From Torpedo marmorata (Eukaryota): a DNA stretch of 64,000 bases. Where the stretch lies: assembly GCA_977017645.1 (NCBI GenBank), contig OZ360225.1, positions 167,524,001 to 167,588,000 on the forward strand, written 5' to 3'. Both the position numbers and the translations under genes were made by a program. Shown in pieces: positions 36,585-47,153 of this stretch; the stretch's first letter is position 1; every line of letters starts with the position of its first letter. Below the pieces are notes generated by a model, which was not told where the DNA came from, made no database searches, and saw nothing but the letters and a program-made list of their open reading frames with translations.

Positions 36585-37438
36585 CTCCTGATGATACCAC
36601 GGTAGTAGGTTGCATAAAAAGGGGCGATGAGTCAGCGTACAAGAGGGAGATTGAAAACTTGGCTCAATGGTGTACTAACAACAACCTAAACCAATGAGCT
36701 GTTTGTGGACATTAGGAGGGGAAAACCAGAGGTGTATGAACCAGTGATCATTGGGCGATTCAGGGGTGGAGAGGATGAGCAAATTTAAATTCCTGGGAGT
36801 CACTATCTCAGAGGATCTTTCCTTGACCCACCACACGAATATCATCGTGAAGAAAGCACATCAGTGCCTTTACTTCCTCAGGAGTTTATGGAGGTTTGGT
36901 ATGACATTGAAAACCTTGGCAAACTTCTACAGATGTGTAGTGTAAAGTGTGTTGGCCTGGTATGGGGGCCCCAATATTTGTGAGCGGAAAGCCCTGCAAA
37001 TTGAGAAAATCTACATGGAACGCTACCGTTGGAGAGCAGCAGCATTCATCAAGGATCCACACCAGCCAGGACATCCTCTGTCCTTGCTGCTGCCATCAGG
37101 AAAGAGGTATAGATGCCACAAGACTCATACCACCAAATTCAGGAACAGTTGCTACCCTCCACCATCAGACGCTGAATCAACAAACTCAATCAGAGACTCA
37201 TTTAAGGACTCTTACTTTGCACATTATTTATTATTGAATATTTATTTTCTGTATTGCACATTCAGTTTGTTTACATATATTTCTTTGTTTACATTTATCT
37301 CTTTTGTATACGTATCTTTTCTAGAGTACAGTTTTTTGCACTACCGATACATAGAAATTCTGCCTGACCTGCAGGAAAAAGAATTTCAGAGTTGCATGTG
37401 ATGTCAGGTATGTACTCAGACAATAAATCTGAACTTTG
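36585..37438 (+). mobile_element. Rex1/Babar 3' fragment with internal deletion
   Basis: DDTTVVG, KFKFLGVTISEDL and KDPHQPGH..LLPSGKRY. Tail AATAAATCTGAACTTTGAA. Confidence 0.9.
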
Positions 37439-37754
37439 AAATACTTTATTATTATGTACTTCTTGACTTTAAATACTTGTATCAAAAATTCTCTTGGCCT
37501 CCACTCTGAGGACAATGACCTCAGCTTTTTCAGTGTATGCAAACCCTCATCCTTAGAGACTGTCTATTAAAACTCATGTGTTCCTCTCTGACAACTTCAC
37601 GCACTTCCTAGATATTGTGCCCAGAAATCAACAGAGTACTCCATTTAAGGACAAACTCATGTTTTTATATAGATTTATATACTTACTGGCTATTGTATTC
37701 TACTTATAAATCCTGGATATCATATGTTTTCTTATTTAATGATTTGCATTTATC

Positions 37755-40160
37755 AACATAGAAATCTACACCACAGTACAGGACCTTCAGCCCACAGTGT
37801 TGTGCTGACCTAATAACCTACTCTAACAACTGCCTAGAATTGCCCTACTGCAGAACTCTCCAATTTTCTCAGTTCCATGTACCTATCTAATAGTCTCTTG
37901 AAAAATTCTAATGTACTTGCCTCCACCATCATTGCCGGCAGTGCCCACCACTCTGTGTGAAAAACTTACCTCTTACGTCCTCCCCCCCCTGTACTTATTC
38001 TCAAGCATCTTAAAACTATGCCTCGTCGTGGTGGCCATTTCAGCCCCGGGAAAAAGCCTCTGGTCATCCACAAGATCAATGCCTCTCATCGTCTTGTACA
38101 CCTCTATCAGGTCGCCCCTCTTTCTCCGTCGATCCAAGGAGAAAAGACCAAGTTCACTCAACCTATCCTCATAAGGCATTCTCTCTAATCCAGGCAACAT
38201 CCTTGTGAATCTCCTCTGCACCCTCTTAAAAACATCCATATCTTTCCTGTAATGAGGTGACCGGAACTGAACACAATATTCCAAATGGGGTCTCAACAAG
38301 CTGCAACATTACCTCACAGCTTTTGAACTCGAATCCATGGTTAATGAAGGCCAACACACTAGACACCTTCTTAACAACACTATCAACCTGTGCAGCAGCT
38401 TTGAGTGTCGTATAGCCATGGACCCCAATCTTTCTTACTTCATCCACACTGCTCAAAATTCTCCCATTAACATTGTATTCTGTCTTCATTTTGACCTACC
38501 GAAATGAACCACTGCACAATTCTATGGGTTAAACTCCATTTGCCACTTCTCAACCCAGCTCTGCGTTCTATCAATGTCCCTTTGTAACCTCTGGCAACCT
38601 TCTAGACTAGTGGTTTTCAAACTGCCCCCCTAAACTCACATTCCACCTTAAGCAATCCCTATGCCATAAGTGCTCTGTGATTGGTAAGGGATTGCTTAAG
38701 GTGGTATGTGAGTGGGAAGAGAAGGTTGACAACCACTGGTCTAGACCCAATTGTTACTGAAATATTTTGCTTGAGAAAAATTGTCATCGGCCCATTTCCT
38801 TTGGAGTTATGAAACCGTGCACATAACGAGTCAATTAGGTACGATTAAAACAGTGGTTTTCAAACCTTTTTCTTTCCACTCACATACCACCTTAAGCAAT
38901 CCCTTACTAATCACAGAGCACTTATGGCATAGGGATTACTTAAGGTGGAATGTGAGTTTAGGGGAGCAGTTTGAAAACTACTGCTCTAGACTATCCACAA
39001 CACCATTCACTTTCATGTCATCTGCAAACTGACAAACCCTTCCTCATCCAGGTCATTTATAAAAAATACAAAGAGGAGGGGTCCCAGAAAAGATCCCTGC
39101 AGAACATCACTGGTCACTGATCTCCATGCAGAATACAAACCATCTTTTCCATGCTTTGCCTCTCTGGACAAGCCAATGGTGTATCCACAACGCACGGCAT
39201 CCTTGGATTCCATGCCTCCTTATTTTCTGAATGAGGCTTGCATGGCGAACCTTATCAAGTGTCTTACTGAAATCCATATACACTACATTCATTGCTCTAC
39301 CTTCATCAATATTCCTTCTTGCATCCTCAAAGAATTCAATCAGGCTCATGAGACACGACCTTCCCCTAACAAAGCCATGCTGACTATTCGTAATTAGATT
39401 ATGCCTCTCAAAATGCTTGTAAATCCTATCTCTCAGAATCTTCTCCAACAGCTTGTCCACCACTGATTAAAGACTCATTGGTATATAATTTCTTGGGTTA
39501 CCTCTACTCCCTTTCTTAAACAGGGGAACAACATTTGCAACCGAACAATCCTCTGGTACCTCTCCTGTCCCTAGTGACAGCGTGAAAATTATCGCCAGTG
39601 TCTCAGCAATCTGCTCCCTTTCTTCCAACAGTAGCCTTGGGTAAATCTCATCCGGTCCTGGCGACTTATCTAGCATCAAGCTTTTCAAAAGCTCCAACAC
39701 ATCCTCTTTCTTAATGTCAACATGCTCAATTATTTCTTTCCTCTTTAAGTCATCCTCACAATTGCCAAGATGAATACTGAAGCAAAGTATTCATTAGGTA
39801 CCTCCTCTACCTCACACGAGAAGAGGACCCATCTTTTTCTTTACATATGTGAAATTCCTTGGGGTTTCCTCAATCCTGCTCACTAAGACCTTCTCATGGC
39901 CCCTTCTATCTCTCCTCAGTCCTTTCTTAAGCTCTTTCCTGGCAATCTTGTAATTCTCTAGAACTCTATCAGTTCCTATCTTCTAAAACCTCTCGTAAGC
40001 ATTTCTCTACTTCTTAACTAGATTTTCTTCATCCCTTGTACACTATGGCTCTTTCACTTTACCATCCTTTCCCTAGCTCAATGTAATATACTTGTTCAGA
40101 GCACCATGCAAAGATTCTTTGAACATTTGCCACATTTCTGCTGTACTTTTCCCTGAGTAC
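37755..40160 (-). mobile_element. CR1 LINE, 5'-truncated, interrupted by a hAT MITE
   Basis: ORFs 39467-39700 (KSPGPD), 39107-39463 (SQHGF, DFSK) and 37973-38299 (RPHLEYCVQF). Confidence 0.92.
38608..38983. mobile_element. Composite non-autonomous hAT (Charlie-like) MITE
   Basis: TIRs (T/C)AGTGGTTTTCAAACT / AGTTTGAAAACTACTG. 8-bp TSD TTCTAGAC (38600-38607) / CTCTAGAC (38984-38991). Two inverted ~130-bp units. Confidence 0.9.
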
Positions 40161-40484
40161 ATCTGCTGCAATGTACAACAATTTCATTTTGGACATTCAT
40201 TGCCAGTATTTGTCCCATTGTTGTTTGATATTTCCTCTACGTTACCCCATCCTGAACTCCCAGAGAAGAGAGTCAACGCAGATTAAATTTAAAAGTGAGG
40301 TAATCTCTAGATGCTGCCTTCAAAGATTGCACATCAGTGATCAGACAGAGAATAAAACTCACTTTCCATTTTCCTACTAAACAGAGATAGTCACTTAATA
40401 TTTAATTAAATAAGACCAAATCAGATGAGGTATGAATTAAATATAAAATTCCCTCTGCCAGACGGTTATGTCAAGGCAATAAAG

Positions 40485-41345
40485 ATAATTAGTTTATTGT
40501 CATATACATAAGTACAATGTACATATGCACCAAAATATTCACTTGCTGCAGCCAAAAAGGCACTTTTTAAAACAAAACAACTACATTAGTATATATTGTA
40601 TAGATGCAGTGGTTCTCAACTAGTGGACCAAGTTTTCCCACTAGTTTTTCTATATAGGTCTTTAAAAATGTTAAATAAAATACTTTAAATTAGATAAAGA
40701 TATGTTTCTTACAGAGCTGCCTTTGACTTGAAAATATTGCTCAGTCATTGCCATTAGTGGACCATGGCATGCTAGGCTGGAAGCCAGATTGAGAACTATT
40801 GTTTAGTGTATAGAAAGAGATAATATAAAAGATAGATAATAAATGTTCACAGTTACAATAGTGTAAGAAAAATGTGGTGTTTTAATAGTGCAGACAGGTG
40901 TCCTTGTGGTCCCACAGTAGTTTATGATTAAAGCATTAAGGGGAGGTTCAAGAGCCTGATAGCTTTTAGAAAAAAAATGTGTTTAAATTCAGGGATGATG
41001 GACTTTAGGCTTCTTTACCTTCGTCCCAAAGGTAGCAGCAATAAAAGGTTGTGAGCAGAGTGATGGGGGTCCTTTGTGATATTGGCTGCCTTCTCGAGGC
41101 AGCGCTTCACATAAATGTCTTCAATGGATTGGAGGTCGGAGCCTGTGATGGACTTGGCTATATTTTCTACCATCTGCAGCTTTCTGCATTCCTGAGCACT
41201 CGAATCAGGCCATGATGCAACCACTCAGTTTAGTTTCCACAGAGCACCTGTAAAAGTTTGATAGAGTATTTAACAACATGCTAAATCTCCTCAGACTTCT
41301 TAAGGCAGTGGTGTGCCTTCTTCGTAGTTGCCTCGGTGTGCTGAC
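40485..41345 (-). mobile_element. Degenerate Rex1 3' fragment containing a hAT MITE
   Basis: ORF 41015-41224 has IEDIYVKRCLEKAANITKDPHH...LLPLGRR. TTTATTGTC at ~40493. Confidence 0.8.
40607..40801. mobile_element. hAT-type MITE (~195 bp)
   Basis: Terminal inverted repeats CAGTGGTTCTCAA / TTGAGAACTATTG. TSD is degenerate. Confidence 0.65.
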
Positions 41346-41714
41346 TACATTATGTTGCAAGTCTTGCTACATTGTTGGATGAAACTTTCAACTTATCTGA
41401 TCCTTTGAGGATGTAGAGATCCCAGGACTCTAAGTAGGACAAGTGGGTGAATTCTTAATGGAGTTTTGGATATTATTTCTGGCATAAGCAACTTTACTAC
41501 AGAAGATTACCTTTTTTTAAAACATTTTTCCATTTAATTTTGTTGCATGGGATATTTGCAGCACTAGTATGATCAGCACTTAATTCCTTTTCCAATTGTC
41601 CTTAAGATGTTGCCAGGAGCCAAAGTTTGGGTGCCAATGGTTTAAGGTGCTCTCAATCTATCTGAATTTGTGCTAAAATTGTAACATTTTGTTTGTCTTG
41701 GATCATGTGATGCT

Positions 41715-42182
41715 TTTTGAAAACTATAAGACATTGGTGAGGCAAAATATGGAGTATTGTGTGCAGTTTTGGTCAATTAACTACAGGAAAGATATCAATA
41801 AGATAGAAAGAGTGCAGAGAAGATTTACTAGGATGTTGCCCGGACTTCAGGAACAGAGTTACAGGGAAAGGTTAAACAGGTTAGGACTTTATTCCCTGGA
41901 GCATAGAAGAATGAGGGGAGATTTGATAGAGGTATTTAAAATTATGAAGGGGGTAGACAGAGTAAATGTAAATAGGCTTTTTCCACTGAGGGTAGGTGAG
42001 ATACAAACCAGAGGACGTGGGTTAAGAGTGAAAGGGGAAAAGTTTAGGGGAACATTGGTGGGAACTTCTTCACACAGAGAGTGGTGGGTGTGTGGAATGA
42101 GCTTCCAGGTGAAGTGGTGAATGCGGGCTCAATTTTAACATTTAAGAGGAATTTGGATAGGTACATGGATGGGAGAAGTATG
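41715..42182 (+). mobile_element. CR1 3' fragment, left part (continues at 50345-50461)
   Basis: ORF 41689-42120 has YKTLVRQNMEYCVQFW...RLGLYSLE. The sequence resumes as GTATGGAGGGCTATGG at 50345 and ends in a TGTTCTGTGGTTCTAT tail. Confidence 0.9.
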
Positions 42183-45176
42183 TTGTGATGTTTCTTTTAT
42201 TGTAATAAAGAAACTTAGGTTCTTTTAAAACAACTATACTTTATTAGCTTTATCATGACCGCGTGGAGGCATCCATCTTGAATCCAACAGAGCTGAACAA
42301 ACTAGTCTCTGACTCCCTCTAGTGGTCGGGAGGATCACTAGCACTCTATCACGACATCCCCTTTCCTTGAGATGTTTAATCTAACAACATGACACATTAA
42401 TACAGTATTCATTTCAATTTAAAGTTCAACACAAAAGTAAACACAACATCAGCTGCACAAACTTTTTAAGTATGCAGTTCATTTTCTTTTATAGATTCAG
42501 TCTCTGAGGTGCTTTGATAACACATGTGGATCTTCTTAACACAGGTGCTTGTGTCGGCTCTGCTGGTCCACTATTGTCTAGCACTGGTGGTGTTTCCTCT
42601 TTTGCTGTGCAGGCTGGATCTTCTGCATTTGTCTGTTCCTGCAGTGTCTCTTGCGTTTTCAGCAGGCTCTTTCGATTCCTTCTCAGTATTTGACCATCCT
42701 CTGTTCTGACAGTGTAGGATCTTGGATTTACTTCCTCAAGAACAGTAGCCTTTTTGTCCCAAGTGTTGGAATCTCTGAGTCTCACTGTGTCATGTTGTGC
42801 CAGTGGCCCTAAGCTTCTTGCTGACTTGTCATAGTTTGCTTTTTGTCTCCATTGCAGACAATTTTGTTTCCGTTCGACATCTTCAACATCGCTGTTTTTA
42901 TTTGGGTCTGCAGAGTAGGGAAGTGTGGTGCGTAGTCTACGTCCCATCAGAAGCTCAGCAGGTGACATGCCATGTTCAAGTGGTGAAGCACTGTAACTCA
43001 ATAGAGCTAGATCTAGTCTAGTGCTTTCTTGAGCAACTGTTTAACTATGTGAACTCCTTTCTCTGCTTTACTGTTTGACTGTGGATGCAGAGGACTTGAA
43101 GTCACATGTCAAAAATCATACTCTTCTGCAAAGTTCTGGAATTCTCTACACCTGTAGCATGGTCCATTGTCACTGTAGACAATTTGAGGAATTCCATGTC
43201 TTGCAAAGATCACACAAGCAGCAGACATGTTAGGAAGCAGCGCAATCTCCGGATAGTTTGATAGATAGTCAATAACCAGCAGGTAATTCTTTCCATCCAT
43301 ATGGAACAGATCAGCCCCAACTTTCTGCCATGGTTTTGCTGGTAAGTCAGTTATTATCATGGGTTCCTCTGCCTGCTTTGCGTGATGTTTCAAACAGGTC
43401 TCACAGCTGGAAACCATCCTGTCAATGTCAGCATTTATCCCTGGCCAATAAACAGCAGTTCTGGCCCTCCTCTTGCATTTTTCCATTCCAAGGTGCCCCT
43501 CATGCACCCTTTTCAGCATCTCTTGTCGCAGTGATTGAGGAATGATAATTCTGCTCTGTCTGAGTAGAAGCCCATTGACAACACTCAGCTCAGCTCTGAT
43601 GTTGTAGTATGGCTGACATTCACCTCTAGGCCATCCTTCATTCAGATTCTTGATGACTTTCTGTAGAATTGTGTCCTTTTCTGTTTCAGCTGCGATCTGC
43701 TTGGATTTCATGTCAGATACGGGAAGAGACTCAGTGATCAGGTTCATGTGGTGATTCACATCTGTCTCTGTGGAACTCTCATTGTGTGCTTCACTCTGCA
43801 TCATTGCCCTGGATAACGCATCAGCTAACACAATAGGTTCCCTGGTGTGGACACCCTCTTGACTAGGCTCAAGTTTTCACATGCTTTGTCACCAAGCAGT
43901 GATTCATGTCCATCTGGGACTACTGCGAACCTGAGGTGGTGCTCTTTATCTTTAACTTTCATCTTGAGTTTACATGTACCTCTTGTGTCCATGCTCTGTC
44001 CATTGTAGGCTTTGAGCTGTACCGGATTAGCATGGATGTATGGCTTTATCTTCATTGCCCTGATGTCGCGCTCAAAGATCAAATTGACTTTTGCCCTGTG
44101 TCCAGCTTGAAAGCAATATTTGTTCCATTTGTATGCAATGACACAGTCCACTTATCCTGCTCGACTCTGTTCACACTCGGCTGTTCAGTGTCTGTTGGTT
44201 TATAATATTCCTGCACTACCATGCCAACGAAAAGTGTATCACTGAGGGCAGTTTCTTCTATAGTGTGTACAGTGTGCACGCTTTCACTTCTGTTTCGTTT
44301 CCCTTTGGAACAACATTGCTTTGCTTAGTGATTCTGCCCTTTGCACTTATTACAGACTTTTCCATAGGCGGGGCATTGTTTTGGTACATGTTGAGTGCCA
44401 CATTGTTTGTAATTGAATGTCTCTCCATCTTTTTCTTGTTTCCTATATCTCGTTTTTTGTTTGTGTGTGGACAAACATTGTGGCAATGGCTATGCCTTAG
44501 TTTTCATTGGCTTTTGCACTCTCACCAAACTTTTTCACATGCTGCAGAGCTAATTCACTGGCGTGGCATATCTTCACAGCTCCAGCTAAGGTAAGCTCTG
44601 TCTCTCGCAGCAACCTCTCTCTCACTTTCTTATCAATAATCCCGAACACAATTTGATCACTGATCATTGAATCTTGCAGCGGTCTGAAATTGCATGTTCT
44701 TGCTTTTAATTTCAAGTCTGTTAAAAAAGTGTCAAAGCTCTCTCCCTGCAGCTGCGTGCGCGAGCAAAACACGTACCTCTTGAACGTTTCATTTTTCTTT
44801 GGTGAACAGTGTTCATCAAACATCTCGATAACCTTGTCGAACTTGCCCTGGTCTTCTGCCTCGGCAAAATCGAATGGATTGAAAACCTCTAGTGCTTGAG
44901 GTCCCACCACGGTAAGTAGCAGTGCAATCTTCCATGCATCAGGTTCATTATCGACTACAATGCCTTGCAGGTACAGCATGAATCTTTGTTTAAACAACCT
45001 CCACTCGTGGTTGACATTTCTAGTCTAATTTACAGCATCAGGAGCCTTCACACTTTCCATATCTCTGCTGCTATATCGACCGATTCTCACTCCTTGTACC
45101 ATGTGATGTTTCTTTTATTGTAATAAAGAAACTTGGGTTCTTTTAAAACAACTATACTTTATTAGCTTTATCATGA

Positions 45177-46027
45177 ACAGTCAGGAGAGGAGAGAGAGAG
45201 GAGAGGAGAAGAGAAGACAGAGGAGAAAAGAGTCGGGGGCAAGGCAAGGTAAGAAAGCTTTTTTAAAAGTCTCTTACCGGGGCCTGTGGCAAGGGTCCGA
45301 AGAGGAGTCGGCGTCGGAGGCGGCCATTGGTCGGGCGGGCCTACAGGAGAGCGTGTCGGGAAGGTAAGGTCTTCTTAAGGGCTCTTACCGAGGGCAGGGT
45401 CTAACAGTCAGGAGAGGAGAGAGAGAGGAGAGGAGAAGAGAAGACAGAGGAGAAAAGAGTCGGGGGCAAGGCAAGGTAAGAAAGCTTTTTTTAAAGTCTC
45501 TTACCGGGGCCTGCGGCAAGGGTCCGAAGAGGAGTCGGCGTCGGAGGCGGCCATTGGTCGGGCGGGCCTACAGGAGAGCGTGTCGGGAAGGTAAGGTCTT
45601 CTTAAGGGCTCTTACCGAGGGCAGGGTCTAACAGTCAGGAGAGGAGAGAGAGAGGAGAGGAGAAGAGAAGACAGAGGAGAAAAGAGTCGGGGGCAAGGTA
45701 AGAAAGCTTTTTTAAAAGTCTCTTACCGGGGCCTGCGGCAAGGGTCCGAAGAGGAGTCGGCGTCGGAGGCGGCCATTGGTCGGGCGGGCCTACAGGAGAG
45801 CGTGTCGGGAAGGTAAGGTCTTCTTAAGGGCTCTTACCGAGGGCAGGGTCTAACAGTCGGGAGAGGAGAGAGAGAGGAGAGGAGGAGAGAAGACAGAGGA
45901 GAAAAGAGTCGGGGGCAAGGTAAGAAAGCTTTTTTAAAAGTCTCTTACCGGGGCCTGCGGCAAGGGTCCGAAGAGGAGTCGGCGTCGGAGGCGGCCATTG
46001 GTCGGGCGGGCCTACAGGAGAGCGTGT
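45177..46027 (+). repeat. Tandem ~225-bp monomers (3.8 copies) in the CR1 5' UTR
   Basis: Units start at 45177, 45404, 45631 and 45853 and are near-identical. Each has a GA-rich tract, CCATTGG and GGGCGGG. Confidence 0.95.
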
Positions 46028-46217
46028 AGGGGTTAATTGGTCAAAGGCCAATAAATAAGAGGGACAGGGAGCGGCCCAGCGAGTGAGTGGCACAGCGAAG
46101 GAGTGGGACCTCTAGGCTTTGGCTCATCAGGCTTCGGCGAGCACAGGCTGAGGACGCGTCACTGAACACTAAGGTAAGAATCTTATTAGTCTTATTACGA
46201 TTTCATTGGGGTCCAGG

Positions 46218-47153
46218 ATGAGTGTTAGGGCTGTGTGTTGTTGGGAGTGCCAGATGTGGGAGGTCCTGGAGTCTTCCAGACTCCCTGATGTCCATATCTG
46301 CACGAGGTGTGTAGAGCTGCAGAATCTTAGGAACCGTGTTAGGGAACTGGAGCTGCAGCTCGATGACCTCAGGCTGGTTAGGGAAACAGAGGAGGTCATA
46401 GATAGGAGTTACAGCCAGGTGGTCACGCCAGGGCCACGGGAGGAGGAAAGGTGGGTAGCAGTTAGAAGAGGGGCAGTAAAACGTAAGGAGCCAGAGAGGA
46501 GCCCTATGACTGTAACCCTCAGCAATAAGTACGCCTCTTTGGGTACTGTTGAGGAGGACAGCATGGTTGGGGGGAGCAACAGTGGCTGTGCCTCTGGCAC
46601 GGGGTCAGCCCCTGTGGCTCAGAAGGGTAGGGAAAGGAAGAGGAGGGCAATAGTTGTAGGGGACTCCATAGTCAAGAGGACAGATAGGGGATTCTGTGGA
46701 CGCAGCAAGGAGAACCGGATGGTGGTTTGCCTCCCTGGTGCCAGGGTCCGGGATGTTGCTGCTCGTGTCCCGGATATCCTAAAGGGGGAGGGACAGGAGC
46801 CAGAGGTCGTGGTACATGTAGGTACCAATGACATAGGGAGGAATAGAGAAGAGGTCCTAAAAAGGGAGTACAGGGAGTTAGGTAGGGAGTTAAAAAGAAG
46901 GACCGCAAAGGGGGTAATCTCTGGATTACTCCCTGTGCCACGTGACAGTGAGAGTAGAAATAGAATGAGGTGGAGGATTAACACGTGGCTGAAGGGGTGG
47001 AGTAAGGGGCAGGGTTTCAAGTTTCTGGATCACTGGGACCTTTTTTGGGGGAGATGTGACCTGTACAGTAAGGACGGGTTACACTTGAATCCCAGGGGGA
47101 CCAGAATCCTGGCAGGGGTATTTGCTAGGGCTACTCAGGAGCCTTTAAACTAG
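46218..47153 (+). CDS. CR1 ORF1: Cys-rich finger, coiled coil and SGNH esterase-like domain
   Basis: CxxC...CxxC, LRNRVRELELQLDDL, then SGNH blocks VVGDSIV, LPGARV, HVGTND and DGLH. Uninterrupted. Confidence 0.92.
   Translation: MSVRAVCCWECQMWEVLESSRLPDVHICTRCVELQNLRNRVRELELQLDDLRLVRETEEVIDRSYSQVVTPGPREEERWVAVRRGAVKRKEPERSPMTVTLSNKYASLGTVEEDSMVGGSNSGCASGTGSAPVAQKGRERKRRAIVVGDSIVKRTDRGFCGRSKENRMVVCLPGARVRDVAARVPDILKGEGQEPEVVVHVGTNDIGRNREEVLKREYRELGRELKRRTAKGVISGLLPVPRDSESRNRMRWRINTWLKGWSKGQGFKFLDHWDLFWGRCDLYSKDGLHLNPRGTRILAGVFARATQEPLN

Noticed and set aside
45177-46027. Tandem array as a CRISPR or independent satellite
   Set aside because: The units are near-identical with no unique spacers, and the array is the 5' UTR of the CR1 in eukaryotic DNA.
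46218-47153. Host or horizontally acquired SGNH lipase gene
   Set aside because: It occupies the ORF1 position of a CR1 and overlaps ORF2. Esterase ORF1s are known in this group.
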